DNA of 64,000 nucleotides from positions 63,550,001 through 63,614,000 of the forward strand of contig OX597819.1 of assembly GCA_951406725.2 (NCBI GenBank). The letters run 5' to 3'. The notes under the pieces were generated by a model. That model saw only the letters and a program-made list of their open reading frames with translations. It made no database searches and was not told the origin of the DNA. The DNA comes from Octopus vulgaris (lineage: Eukaryota). Shown here piece by piece: positions 1 through 13,967 of this stretch; the stretch's first letter is position 1, and each line of letters begins with the position of its first letter. Both the position numbers and the translations under genes were made by a program.

Positions 1-64
<64 letters not shown>

Positions 65-68
<4 letters not shown>

Positions 69-253
69 ATCCAAACATGAAAACACAAAGAGAAAACACA
101 ACAACGCGAGGACGTAGAACAAATATAGTATTACTGGACGCTCAGGAAGGAAGGGAAGAAGGAGGGTTTAACGTTTCGAGCGGAACTCTTCGTCAGAAAC
201 ATAGGAAAAGGAAAGATCCAGAGTAGGGAAGACGGAGGAAAAAATCGCCAACG

Positions 254-256
<3 letters not shown>
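65..256 (-). mobile_element. Short non-coding Penelope pLTR-like element carrying an HHR, inserted in (TA)n
   Basis: Flanked by TA tracts. A diverged copy lies in the opposite orientation at 39356-39556. Contains an HHR core at 166-200. Confidence 0.65.
166..200 (-). ncRNA. Minimal type I hammerhead ribozyme
   Basis: Minus strand reads gttt-CTGACGA-a-gag-ttccg-ctc-GAAAC-GT-T-aaac: stem I gttt/aaac, stem II gag/ctc, palindromic AACGTT stem III. Confidence 0.75.
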
Positions 257-319
<63 letters not shown>

Positions 320-329
320 ATATGTATAT

Positions 330-648
330 ATAACAGCTAAGCCATAACGCTTCAGGACAAGTTACTGCAACTGCCTGGATTTCAGGGACCCACAGCTTTT
401 TAATATTCTCCCAAAGAGGCTGAGGAACCTGCACAAAATAAATGTAGGTGGTTTTAAATCAAAGCTGGACCTCTGCCTCTCGAGAGTCCCAGATAAGCCT
501 ACCGCACGGCAAGATGTGCAAATGAGGGTAGCTACATCAGACTCTATTCTTCACCTAGTGCCACATATTGGAGGAGGCTCTTAGTGATAACATTGTAACA
601 AAATGGTGGTGCATCAGAAAGGCCGCAGCTTTGAGCTGCAACTACATT
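330..648 (+). mobile_element. Degenerate 3' fragment of CR1-type LINE
   Basis: Similar to the 3' end of the LINE at 24869-26035 (GFRGPQLFNILPK-like coding segment and 3' UTR). Confidence 0.75.
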
Positions 649-854
649 AAAAAAATATGTGTGTTTGTGTGTGTGTATGCATGTGTATAAGTAGGTATAT
701 GAATGTATGTTCATTCCCCACGTGCTATAAATACCAGGACTCAAAGCAAATGTAGAGTATTCATTAATATATTATAAACGAAAGGCTTCGATACAAAGTA
801 TTCCCGATTTCTCATTTCTAATCATCAGCTGGTAAATCGAACCTGGTTTTCTTT

Positions 855-1066
855 TGGATCTCTTCCTCTCAGGTGTCCCAGATGAACCAACTTCACAGCA
901 GGAGGTGCAGATGAGGGCAGCTGCATCGAACTCTCTCATGCACCAAATGGCAATTGCTAAAAAGCATTCGTGAAGTAAAATCATGTAGCAACACCAAATG
1001 GCGGTGCCTCAGCATGGCCACAGCTCATGAGCTGAAACTAGATAAAATAAAATAAAATGAAAATAA
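855..1066 (+). mobile_element. 3' end of CR1-type LINE with (TAAAA)n tail
   Basis: Closely matches the reverse complement of 24873-25060 and ends in ataaaataaaataaaatgaaa. Confidence 0.85.
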
Positions 1067-1149
1067 ATATATATATAGATAGATAGATAAAACTTAGACA
1101 TTTTTCAACCAAAGACTGGTCCAGGCCATGTCTAAATTACTAGCACCAT

Positions 1150-1342
1150 TTATATAGTTGGAATTTACACAGAAAAAAAAAAACAAAAGACGAAGACGCG
1201 TGTGTAAACAATAAACAGATGTATTAGTTTAAACGCTCGTGAAGTGAGAGAGCCGTTTACGTTTCGAGTCTACGCTCTTCAACAGAAAGGAACACATAAA
1301 TGAATAGGGAGAGAAATTAAAAAGGTTTAGTGGCTAGCGATC
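1150..1342 (-). mobile_element. Penelope pLTR-like short element with variant HHR
   Basis: Minus strand 1255-1288 reads ttt-CTGTTGA-agag-cgtaga-ctc-GAAAC-GT-A-aac. Layout resembles 65-256. Confidence 0.5.
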
Positions 1343-1364
1343 ATATATATATATATGTGTATAA

Positions 1365-1431
1365 TTCCGGGTTCAGTCCCACTGCGTGGCACCTTGGGCA
1401 AGTGTCTTTTGCTATAGCCTCGGGCCGACCA
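1365..1431 (+). mobile_element. Fragment of tRNA-derived CORE-type SINE
   Basis: gggttcagtcccactgcgtggcaccttgggcaagtgtc matches the copies at 43103 and 51761. Confidence 0.8.
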
Positions 1432-1547
1432 ATTCTCAGTTTGTTCAGATGGACTAAGTGATTGGCTAAATAAGAGGAAGAGAGCAATGCCGTTTGCAAT
1501 ACATATGATATGGAGAGTGGAAAGGATCATTTCATGGACTGTTATAT

Positions 1548-1782
1548 CTTATTTCTTTACTACCCACAAGGGGCTACACACAGAGTGGACAAACAAGGAC
1601 AGACAAACGAATCAAGTTGATTATATCGACCCCAGTGAGTAACTCGTACTTATTTATTCGACCCAGCAAGGATGAAAGGCAAAATTGACCTCGGCGGAAT
1701 TTGAACTCAGAACGTTGCGGCAGACGAAATACAGTTAAGCATTTCGCCCAGCGTGCTAACCATTCTGCCAGCTCACCGCCTT
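1548..1782 (-). mobile_element. tRNA-derived SINE family 1 (Meta-domain-like)
   Basis: Minus strand has head ggcggtgagctggcagaa, B-box gagttcaaattcc and central gcctttcatcc motif. More than 10 copies in the window. Confidence 0.85.
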
Positions 1783-1789
1783 GTTGGAC

Positions 1790-3463
1790 AGTTATTTCTG
1801 CAACGATAATGTAAGTGGGTTTACTGTAAAGACCAAGCATAAGATTGTGTATCCCAGCTTGGAATCAGCAAGAAGAACAGTGCCACACAACCATGATGAT
1901 CTTCCTATTCCAATACCACCATAAAATGACCTTCAGATGTCTGACGAAGATGTATTTCCTGAAGAAAATACTACTGCTGTGGAAGACACCTAAGTGGGTG
2001 CAGATTTCACGATTGAAAATGAAGACTACCACAGATTTTTCTCAAGGAGAGTTAAATGATTTAGTTAGAGACTTGTCATTGTCGAAGGATAAAGCTGAAC
2101 TATTAGCATCTCACCTACAAGAAAAGTACCTGCTTAAGGCAGATGTTTGTATTACTCATTTCAGGAAGAGAACTAGGGATCTGACTTTATGCTTCTCTGT
2201 TGATGGACCACTTTGTTTCAGTAATAACACTAATGATTTATTTCGCTGTTTGTTCCAAGAGCATGTTCCAGCTGAATGGTGCTTATTCATTGATTCATCC
2301 AAGAGAATCCTCAAGGCAGTACTGCTACACAGCGGCAATGAGAAACCATCCATTCCCATAGGACATTCAGTGCACATGAAGGAGTGTTATGAAAACATGC
2401 AAGTACTCTTCAATGCCATAAAGTATACAAACTACAGTTGGAAAATATGTTATGGCTTGAAGATGATTGGAATGTTGATGGGAATGCAATCTGGGTTCAC
2501 GAAATATTGTTGCTTTTTATGTCTATGGGCCAGTCGTGCAACTAACAAGCACTATGTGCAATCAGAATGGCCTTTTTCGAAAATCATATGCACCGGGAGT
2601 TTCTAGCGTCCAGAGTAAGCCAATTTTAAACCCAGAAAATGTTCTTCTTTCCTCTCTTTACATAAAATTTGGCCTCATGAAACAATTCGTGAAGACACTT
2701 GTCATGAAAAGCTCAAAATGTTTTGAATATGTGAAGGTCAAATTTCCAAAAATCAAAACTGAAGGAGGGCGTATTTAAAGGTCCGTAGATAAAAGAACAT
2801 CTGAAGGACAACCACTTCCTCACAGCAGTGCATGAGATTGAGCTTAAAGCCTGGGAATCCTCCAAATGGCTCTGTGAGAATTTCCTAGGCAACAAGAGAT
2901 CTCTAGAGTTTAAAAATGGAGTGAAATGTCTTCCAGACTACACTGCAATGGGCTGTCGGATGTCACAAAAAGTCCATTTCCTTGATTCACATCGGAAATT
3001 TTTTGCAGAGAATCTTGGAGCACTGTCTGTTGAGCAAGTGGAACGCTTTCATCAAGATATTGCATCGATGGAACAATGATATCAAGGATTTTGGACTGCA
3101 GGAATGTTAGCTGCCTACCGTTGGATGTTATACAGGGATGAACCTGAGAGAAAACAACATAGAATGTCCAAATCCCCAAAGATTTTAAGTTGTTATGCAT
3201 TTGAAGGTATTTTAACGTATTTGTACAAAATAATTTAAACGTACAATAAAAAGCCATAAAATTATCGTATTTTGTATTCAATATACTTTATATAGACATG
3301 CTTTACGTATCCTCTAAGTTAAAACAGCAGGTGTCATTAACATGAACATGTGACCTGATAGAGGAAATCGAACTCCAGATTCGTAATCTGCATCGAAAAT
3401 CAACCTAGAATAGTTAATCAGCAACGATGATGATTAAAATAAGTTTCATTTTGTTGACCAGTG
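1790..3463 (+). mobile_element. Chapaev3-like (CMC) DNA transposon with decayed transposase
   Basis: Broken ORFs 1845-2606, 2536-2778 and 2828-3079 contain FSQGELNDLVRDL, WxLFIDSSK, GMQSGFTKYCCFLCLW, KVHFLDSH and EQVERFHQD. Right terminus is ttttgttgaccagtg. No left TIR seen. Confidence 0.75.
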
Positions 3464-4404
3464 TTATTTGAGTGTATTACAAATATAGCCGTACGGAAAC
3501 CGAAAATTGTGCGTTCAAATCCTGAGCAACTTTGGTTTTCATGCGCTTGAGGTCGCTCAAATAACAATCTTTTGGCCTCTGCTAATATTTCCTTTAAAAC
3601 TAAATGAGCTGTTCATCGATCTTTAACTTTAGCAATGGCACGTGTCCCATTTTATAAAACTTCGACTTGCTAGGAAAGATTTCGAAAATTATTTGATCAT
3701 ATGTGATGTCCGAGATATATTTGTTGCTGTCGATTGAACCATCCTCACTAAAATTTCACTGACAATATATTTTCCCACCACCACTGGGAAATACCACTGT
3801 ATGATTTTAAAGCGGCATTTCTAGAACACATAACGTAGTGATGAAATGAACTCTGCACGAACTATGCTCTATAGTTTCATAAAATCTGCTCTCAGATGTA
3901 AACATTAACAGTTAACGTCTAATAAGAGAAAAGAAATAAATAAAAAAAAACTGACGAAAATGTTTAAAGAGTCCACAACATTTTTACATATCTCTTGATT
4001 ACTACATTCCAAACTTGAAACATCTTCATATCTCATATCGAAGTCTACATATGTCAGATTAATGTAATTACGTTCTCTTTTATTAAATCAACTCATTACC
4101 ATTTCATAAAGTCGTACATACTGATCGGAGCCACGATGACGGAGAGTAAGTGTTTGTATTCCAATTGTTAATAATCGCCGCAATAACTATTATATATATA
4201 TATATATATATTTATATGTATATATCATCATTATTATTATTATTGTTTATGAATATTGCATAAGCAACAATCATATACTGAGGCTGATATAATAGACTAA
4301 CACCTGTTCGTATAAATGCGAAAAGTTATAAAAACAGAAATCACTGATATAATTGTATTATATTCAATGATACTGCAAATATTTAACATCATTTTTTCTC
4401 TTTC

Positions 4405-5190
4405 TAAGATAGGCACACAGCCTGAATTTATGAGGGGAAGGGCAAGTCGACTAAATCGAACTGGTGTTCAAATTAATTTCATTAGATGAACGGCAAATTT
4501 GAACTCAAAACGTAAACCCGGAAGAAATGTCACTAAACACGGGGAAAACGTACAGCGTGCCAACGATTCTGCCGGATCTCCACCTTATAAGTATTCTTTT
4601 CTATTATAGGCACAAGGCCCGGAATTTTGGGGGAGGGTCCAGTTGATTAGATCGACCCCACTTAGTAAGTGGTACTTAATTTATCGAGCCCGAAAGAATG
4701 AAATGCTAAGTCGACCGCAACGGAATTTGTACTCAGAAAGTAACGACAGACGAAATACAGCCAAGCATGTCGCTCGGCGTGCTAATGATTCTAACAGGTC
4801 GCCTCAAAATATTCTTCTCTACTCTAGGCACAAGACCTGAAATTTTTGAGGAGGTGGGGGTTAGATCGATCCTTGTGGACAACTAGTACTTAATTTATCG
4901 ACCCCGGAAGGATGAAATGCAAAGTTGACCTCAGCGGAATTTAAATTCAGAACGTAAAGACAGATGAAATATCTGTTTCTTTATTACCCATAAAGGACTA
5001 AACATAGAGGGGACAAACAAGGACAGACAAACGGATTAAGTCGATTACATCGATTCCAGTGCGTCACTGGTACTTAATTTATCGACCCCGAAAGGATGAA
5101 AGGCAAAGTCAACCTCGACGGAATTTGAACTCAGAACGAAACGACAGACGAAATATCGCGAAGCATTTTATCCGACGTGCTAACGCCTTA
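4405..5190 (-). mobile_element. Cluster of about 4 SINE family 1 units
   Basis: Repeated ggtacttaatttatcgacccc...gaatttgaactcagaacg blocks. Confidence 0.8.
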
Positions 5191-7066
5191 AATATTGGAA
5201 ATATTAAGAAAATACATTCTCCGATTTCGTCTCTAAATTTGGCGTGTGGCGATTTGCATTTGTTTATGTCTATATTTCTTATGATAATTCTTCAACTAAT
5301 TGATTTAAATTATCATTTATAACTTATGAGACCAATATGTGACGTTAGGCACTTTGTTGATTTTAAACAGTAAATAGCGATTACTATAAAAAAAAAAACC
5401 ACATTAAATTGCAACTAGTAGGAGAAGGTACAATTGATTAAACCATCTCAATAACAGAGAGGAAATTTATTTTTCTGTCCTGGCAAGAATTAAAGTCTGT
5501 ACCTAAAGAGACGGAATCCTACTAGTCAAAGTATTTTGCCTGGCCGATGAGTTAACTTCGCTTATCCACAGCGCAAATGGAGGAATAAATATTAAGAATC
5601 AAGTCGAACAAACGAAAGGAAATGAAACGATAGTTAAAATTCTAAACACCTCTAAGAAAACACAACAAAATATTTCAGATTTGTTTTATTTTGCTATTTT
5701 CTCTACTCCTGGTCTTCCTACACTCATACGTTTGCGTAAAAAATCATATAAGCCGATACGCATAGGCGTATGTGTTGCCCTCACTCACACACACACACAC
5801 ACATATATTGACATTCTCGTATTGAGACTAATACACGTATGCAGAACGCTGAGGCTTAGATATTTGACCATTAAGATACAGATGTTGAGTTCGTTCGACG
5901 CTTGTTTCTTTTTCAGATGCCTTTGTTTCTATCTCTGCATATCTAGCTCTTGATCTTTCTCCTTCTGTAAATCGATCACCTTTTTTCTTTCTCTCTCTTC
6001 TGTCTTTTATATATTTTGGATTATAGCTGTCATCAAAATGATGTTAGATTAAAATCTGATATTGTTTTAAATAATTTCTATAGCGCAAACCTAAGAACAA
6101 AAGACATTTAATATTCTAATGTGGGGCTTTTTTATGTCTCATATTCACAGATGATTTTTGACTCCTTTCAGCATTTGTTCAAAGGTTCATGCTATTTTCA
6201 TTTTACAAGTTAAACATGTTACTTCAATGTTCTTTAAAATAATTTTGATGTTCTTTCTTTTGCTTGTGAATTTATTTTATTTTGCGACGTGTCAGGTGAA
6301 GTATATTTATGATAGTGACTACCAGAATCAACCTGTAGCAAAATTGCAGCTTAACTTTCTGGGTTGACTTTCATTTTATTTTTATTTGTACAATTTTTGT
6401 ATTTCTTTTATTACTTTTAGTTTTTGTATATTAAATGAATGATGGGTTTACGACATCTATCAGTAATCTTACCCCATCATTTCCATTTCGTTATTGGCGA
6501 TTCTGTTCCAATAATACAGTTGCTCTTCACATCAACAATCTATCTTCTTTCTACTCGCTAGGTCTTGTATACTGCTACGATATTGATTTCACACTGATCC
6601 GAACGAAATTGGTTTAAACATACCGTATACAGTTCGTACATGAGATTTAGGAATTGCAATTTCACGGTAATTCCTTGCCAAGTGAGTGATTTACATTTGT
6701 CTGTGCCAAAATTATCGGATATAAACCGAGGATGGTCTGATATATCAGTGTCTCCATTCCATGCTTATTCGTGGTATAACCTAACTAGATTACCTTCTAT
6801 TGCAAAGTTAATTATTTATGCTTACACACAACCACCACCGTTATATATCTCCCTATCACAATCTATGCTTACCTCTTACTCCACCAATCTCATTCGTTTT
6901 CTATCTATCTATCTCTATCTATCTATCTATCTATCTAACTCCCAATATGTCTATGAAAGTATACATACGCACACATGCAAACACACACACACACACACAC
7001 ACACAGACAGACAGACACATATACACACATATATATATATATATATATCCATGTGCACGCAGGAAA

Positions 7067-7112
<46 letters not shown>

Positions 7113-7124
7113 AACTCTATATAG

Positions 7125-7155
<31 letters not shown>

Positions 7156-8077
7156 GCGTTTTGAATATATATATATACAGAGAGAGAGAGAGAGATGTGT
7201 ATGTATGTATATATATATATATACGTACATACGCAAGTATATGTATATACATGCATACATATCTGTGAGTATATAAGTGATTGAGAGAGAGGGAGACAGA
7301 AGGAGACCGAGGGTGACAGAGATTTAAAATTCAGCATAGGTTAAAAACTACAACACAACTGATCCTATGTATGTACATATGTATATATGAATATATAGTC
7401 ATGCATACAAGCTTATATTTACGTACATATATACATACATAAATTTTATATACATAGACAGACAAACATACACACACACACACATACATATATGTACATC
7501 TACAGATGCATGCATTGTGTGTGCGTATTTCTGTGTTTCGTTTCCTCTTTATCCAAATAAACATATATCAATTTAGATTTTCCACTACCAAATTTCAATG
7601 GAAATATCAATGCCAATGACACAGAACAAGTCTTGTCATTCTTGTTGTATTCAATACTTCAGTCGGTGAACCATATTTGTATCACATTAGAATTTACTGC
7701 CGCTTCATTCCGTCCTTGATTTTCTTCCAGAATTTTCCAGCATTTACCTTCTCAACGATTAGTTGTGTAACTTTCCCACGTTGAATTATAAGTAACAAAG
7801 ATCAAAACGGTTGATGGCACTGATGACTTTTCTTACTGGTTTTCATTCATTTGCTTCCCTGTGTTTCTTAGTTCTAATCCCTCAATGTTCAACTTCTGAA
7901 TCATCAGACATAATGCATTTACTTTTAATATGGGTTCGTATGCATCTGAACGAATGCCATTAGACAGATTGGCAATTATTATCTGACAAATTAGTTTCTA
8001 AGTTTATCTCTTATATATTATTGTAGCATTATATCAGCATTTCGATATATATATCAGCATTATCTAGATACATAATC

Positions 8078-8652
8078 TTTTCTACTATAAGCACAAGGCC
8101 CGAAATTTTTGGGGAGGGGGCCAGTAGATTAGATCGACACCAGCACGCTACTTGTACGTAATTTATCGACACCGAAAGGTTGAAAAGCAAAGTCGACATC
8201 GGCGGAATTTGAACTCAGAGCGCAGCGGCAGACGAAATGCCTATTTCTTTACTACCCACAAGGGGCTAAACACAGAGGGGACAAAACAAACGGATTAAGT
8301 CGATTACATCGACCGCAGTGCGTAACTGGTACTTATTTAATCGACCCCGAAAGGATGAAAGGCGAAGTCGACCTCGGCGGAATTTGAACTCAGAGCGTAA
8401 AGACAGACGAAATACCTATTTCTTTACTGACCACAAGGGGCTACACACAGAGAGGACAAACAAGGACAGAAAAACGGATTAAGTCGAATATATCGACCCC
8501 CAGTGCGTAACTGGTACTTATTTAATCAACCCCGAAAGGATAAAAGGCAAAGTCGACCTCGGCGGAATTTTGAACTCAGAACGTAACAGCAGACGAAATT
8601 CCGCTAAGCATTTCGCCCGGCGTGCCAACGTCTCTACCAGCTCGCCGCCTTA
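8078..8652 (-). mobile_element. Trimeric SINE family 1 (one head, three tandem bodies)
   Basis: Three units of about 170-180 bp joined at gacgaaatRc|ctatttctttact. A single head ends at 8652. Confidence 0.85.
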
Positions 8653-9129
8653 AATATCTTACATACTCTATCCACCGAAGTTTAAGGTACTCTACCTCAC
8701 ATTTGTTGACTTGGAAAAGAAACTTATATGGTGCCATGTTTTTATGGTCTTCTCTTTTGTTTTCATGGCTAGTGAGATCGATGTGAGTCATCCATGCAGA
8801 TACAATCAACAAACTAAACATCATGAATGAGATCCGTGAAAGATGTATTGTATAGTTAGTTGTTAACCAGAGACCGGTTTTCATTCAGCCACTTCCATTT
8901 GATTTCCATGAGGGATCATCCTACGGCCGCTTGTCTTAAGGAAATAATCTATGCTGATATTCTTTTCCATGGAGCAGAGTCAGTGATAGACAATGACGTG
9001 TAAGCAAAAAGATGACAGAGACTAAAAGTCAATAAATACGGAAGTCTCGATCTTACTAGCATTAAAGATACGGCTAAAATTAATATTCTGAGAAGAGAGG
9101 AGGATATGTAATTATATAGTATATATATT

Positions 9130-9356
9130 ATTTACTACCCACAAGGGGCTAAACACAGAGGGGACAATCAAGTACGGACAAACGGATTAAGTCGATTACA
9201 TCGACCTAAGTGCGTAACTAGTACTTATTTAATCGACCCCGAAAGGATGAAAGACAAAGTCGACCTCGGCGGAATTTGAACTCAGAACGTAACGGCAGCG
9301 AAATACGGCTACACATTTCGCCCAGCGAGCTAACGTTTCTGCCAGCTCGTCGCCTT
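9130..9356 (-). mobile_element. SINE family 1 monomer
   Basis: Full match to 1548-1782. Confidence 0.85.
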
Positions 9357-10332
9357 ATGGATATGTAATTGTATAGTATATAATAATGACTTACAATATA
9401 TAATAATGCAATTGTAATAATATCAATATGTAATCTAAACACATGGTAAGCAAATATAAAGAAAAGGAATTAATTGATTCTGTCAGTCAAGGATTTTCCC
9501 GGTATTTGCTTTACTGATTTTGTCGCAATTCAGAGCGATATGTTTCCAGAAGATAGAAACTCCATAGATTATATACGTGGCGAAGTATGCGTGCACAGAA
9601 GGCAAACTTGGATTACCGAATTACCGAGAGGATAACCATGAATAAAGACTTTCTATATAACCAATGGACAAGAGCATGTAGTGTAGAGGGGACGTGCAAT
9701 CTAAATGCTTGACAACAAAATGTATCAGTTACTTCTGCATTGTTTTTGAGGAATTCTGTAAATAGGCGATCGATTTTTTGGTGGACTTCTGCGCCCTGAG
9801 AGTACTGCACCTATAAATAATTTTAGTGTCAAGAATGTTCAACGAGACTGTTAATTCTGTGGGTGCAAAGGTGATTCTCTCCTCAAACAAGAGTATACTA
9901 TGTCTTCCTTGTGTGTAAAGTACCAACGGTATAGGAGTGAGACGGGAGTACTGAATGCAGATGCGTGGGAACTAGAGGGAAAAGCAAAAAGAATGCTCTG
10001 TAGCTTGCATAATATTTGTTAGATTGAGCAATATTGTACTGAAAACCTGATAGTTAACACACTGTTCAGAAGTAAAAGATATAGTGTAGAATAGCGTCGT
10101 CTGTATTAATGTGGAACTGGCCGTGTCTATTATGGGAAGAGAAGTGCGAAAATAAGTGCCGAGGACGCTTGGAAAATATTAGCCGAGTAATAGAGGGACA
10201 GAAATGATGGAAAGTAATCTCAGAAAAATTCATTCTCACAAACGAAAGGACAAACGAACACATAAAATGAGAAGTGTTCTGTTGAATGTTATATGTCCAA
10301 CAAATGAAAACACGCAAAAGCAGTATGAAAAC

Positions 10333-10393
10333 GGACGAATTTAAGGATATTAAGGGGAGGAAAGAAGAGGCTCATTCGGCTGATTATTCTGAG
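10333..10393 (+). repeat. Left copy of exact 61-bp long-range inverted repeat
   Basis: ggacgaatttaaggatattaaggggaggaaagaagaggctcattcggctgattattctgag; its exact reverse complement is at 20398-20458. Confidence 0.95.
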
Positions 10394-11271
10394 ATGTATC
10401 ATATATATGTAATCATGAATATTTCAAAGATACCACCTACCATCCTGAAAAAAAAACTACTTCAAATGTCAGTGTATATTTATATACATGACAAGAAACC
10501 GACGAACCCGAAGTTCGTGAACAGTAATTTTCGTATTGCCTCATGAGCCGAATAATTCTCAATTTACGGCTGCACGTATTTTTCAACAATTAGCCTGTAC
10601 AACTACCATTCTCTTTTAAAACATGAGTTTCCGATATGGAGTAGCGTTGCTCAATAATTCTGGCAAACCGGGCTAAAAAGATGATGATTACTTGTTAATT
10701 ATCATTAAAAGAATATAAAAGGATATTAGAATATACATTCCATTTGGACGGTCTCCATTTCTCACTATATCTCACTATCACACTTCCTCATCACTTCCTC
10801 CCTCCCTGCATTTCACTGTCAGCCGCACAGATATATACACGTACGTATACGCACATACGTGGAGCGCACAGATATGCATAAGTTGACTGTAGCAACGAAT
10901 TGAAGCATACAACTTTTGCATGGCATAGCACAAAAATCCACTCAGTCATTTTACCTGCACATTATCTCTATATAAAAGAAACCTTTCCTGCTGCTATTTA
11001 GAATGCAGTGTACATGTCTGCGTTTGGCACACGAGGATGACGGAGGTTAACAATGTTATGTCAGGCATAATATACGCTGTCAAAGATCTGAGTCCAGTTT
11101 TTCATGAAACAGTCAATCACCCTCTGACAGCATAATAGATACGTTTCTGTTGATTTACGTACCGTGCATGTTCCTTAATCTAATTTAACCCAATGGATAC
11201 AGACGATGACAAAATAATCCATCTATTCATATAAACGTGACTTTGTGAGTGTATAGACATACGTCCCTACG

Positions 11272-11333
<62 letters not shown>

Positions 11334-11567
11334 CCTATCTATCTATCTATCAACCATGAACCACAAATAAGCATATATATATATATGTATGTATGTATGT
11401 GTGTGTGTGTATGTATGTATTCACACACACATACGACATAGATACATACATACAGAGAACTGCAGATATATTTATATTTAGACATACATTTTTCAGCACA
11501 TGTATATGTGTCTATCCTTGTAACTCATTATGTGTATGCATGTGTGTGTATCTATACACACATGTAA

Positions 11568-11612
<45 letters not shown>

Positions 11613-11615
<3 letters not shown>

Positions 11616-12940
11616 CAACAATTGAGGGTAAAATTAATTAATTATTAATCAATTTCACAAAGTATTCAGTATGTAAAGGGACCATTTAAAGCGAATTCAA
11701 ATTATTACATTATATAAAAGGGCTTAGTAAAATAAATTACTTTGCCACATACTGAACTCATTAGAAATAGCAGCTAAAAAAAATTTTTTTAAACTATTTC
11801 TAATACATAAAGAAAATCTCTCTCATATAGTGTTTGCTCAAGTCAACTCACGAAGGTATGGGGTGAAAACATTAAAATCACAAATGCAAAGGTTATTTGA
11901 GAACGTACGTTTCTAGATTAGTCAAATCGACATTTCTTTCGTCAGCTCAGAACTCCTTGATTCGGATTTGGGAACACTGAAAGTGGGAGCATACCCTTTT
12001 GGCTTCTTATCACTTCTGAAGATCTGCTCGAACTATCAGTGCTAGCAAATTCAAAATATGCAAGCGAAGAATTTCTGCTCTCCCCTTTCCACCAGCGTGG
12101 GTTAAACTTGGTAAACACTATGTTTTATCGGTAAAAACCGAAGCATTAAATAGAGAGAAATGAATTATAATTTCAACAATTGAGGGTAAAATTAATTAAT
12201 TATTAATCAATTTCACCAAGTATTCAGTATGTAAAGGGACCATTTAAGGCGAATTCAAATTATTACATTATATAAAAGGGCTTAGTAAAATAAATTACTT
12301 TGCCACATACTGAACTCATTAGAAATAGCAGCTAAAAAAATTTTTTTAAAACTATTTTTTTAAACTAAGCCCTTTTATATAATGTAATAATTTGAATTCG
12401 CCTTAAATGGTCCCTTTACATACTGAATACTTGGTGAAATTGATTAATAATTAATTAATTTTACCCTCAATTGTTGAAATTATAATTCATTTCTCTCTAT
12501 TTAATGCTTCGGTTTTTACCGATAAAACATAGTGTTTACCAAGTTTAACCCACGCTGGTGGAAAGGGGAGAGCAGAAATTCTTCGCTTGCATATTTTGAA
12601 TTTGCTAGCACTGATAGTTCGAGCAGATCTTCAGAAGTGATAAGAAGCCAAAAGGGTATGCTCCCACTTTCAGTGTTCCCAAATCCGAATCAAGGAGTTC
12701 TGAGCTGACGAAAGAAATGTCGATTTGACTAATCTAGAAACGTACGTTCTCAAATAACCTTTGCATTTGTGATTTTAATGTTTTCACCCCCATACCTTCG
12801 TGAGTTGACTTGAGCAAACACTATATGAGAGAGATTTTCTTTAAGTATTAGAAATAGTTAAAAAAAATTTTTTTTAGCTGCTATTTCTAATGAGTTCAGT
12901 ATGTGGCAAAGTAATTTATTTTACTAAGCCCTTTTATATA
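11613..12940. mobile_element. Non-coding Penelope-type element: 558-bp unit, partial tandem copy and long inverted copy
   Basis: Direct repeat starts at 11613 and 12171. Inverted arms are 11711-12286 and 12364-12940. TA flanks. HHR-like core at 12701-12750 (+) and about 11901-11950 (-). Confidence 0.75.
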
Positions 12941-13789
12941 TATATATATATATATATGTGAAGATCGACAGAGAAATGGGTAAATTCAGATGTATGTACA
13001 TTTATATGTATGTACATGTATATGTCAGTGAGTCGATGTGTGTATATGAATAAACCCTCATATATACACACAAGTACTTATAGATATATATCCGCATATA
13101 TGTCTACGTATTTATACTTATATATTTATATATAAGTAAATATATATTATATATACATATATACATGGATATTATATATACATATATATGTAATATAAAT
13201 ATATATACATATATGCGTGTATGTGTGTGTATTTGTATATGTATTTGTATACAAACACAAACACGCACGTACACATAAGCATAAATGCACACATATTTAT
13301 AGCCACACGTATGTATGTCCATCTAGGTAATCCAATTATATTTTTTTCTATACCTCACAGGCTCCAGGTTGGTGTTGTTGTGAAAATGTGATTATTGTTT
13401 TGTCTAAATCCGAATGTTCTTGATAAAATAATTACCAACAAAATAATAGCTTGCTCGGCATTGATAGACGAAACAAAACTTGTTTGCTTTCCTATGAACG
13501 AGTGTATATGTTTGAGTATGTCCATATATCTCTAGATGTATGCATGTATATTTATGTCAGAGCGTGTATGTGTGAAAGCGTGTATTTTTTTTCCAGTCTT
13601 TTTATTTTTTAAATCTGCTTTGCTTTGTTCCAGAGATTTCTATCTCTAATGCGGTGCCGTGTTTCCATTTCTTTGCGAAGAGCGGCACCTCTCACTCAGT
13701 TTATATATTTTATTTTCCAACTTATATTTTACTTATGTTGAGTAAAAGACTTGCTTAAACGAACCGCTATAGGTTCCCATATTTAGTAA

Positions 13790-13967
13790 CAACGACAGCT
13801 ACTACTACTGCTGCTGCTACTACTACTACTACTACTACTATCACCACCACCACCACCGCCACCACCACTACCACCACTACCACCAGTACAATCACCACCA
13901 CCGCTACCATCACTACTACAACTACTACTACTACTACTACTACTTCTACTACTACTACTACTACTAC
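13790..13967. repeat. (CTA)n/(CCA)n trinucleotide repeat
   Basis: Directly visible. Confidence 0.9.

Noticed and set aside
6260-6790. Possible host exons (AG/GT-like signals)
   Set aside because: Short frames with stops and no recognisable protein similarity.
8078-8652. CRISPR-like periodic repeats
   Set aside because: The units are whole SINE bodies without unique spacers, and the context is eukaryotic.
9540-10330. Purine-rich unique stretch that might be coding or recoded
   Set aside because: The frames I spot-checked hit stops early and showed no recognisable motif.
10286-10546. Peptide DEFKDIKGRKEEAHSADYSE shared with ORF 20257-20529
   Set aside because: A by-product of the 61-bp DNA repeat. 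The flanking ORF sequence is unrelated and there are no convincing splice sites.
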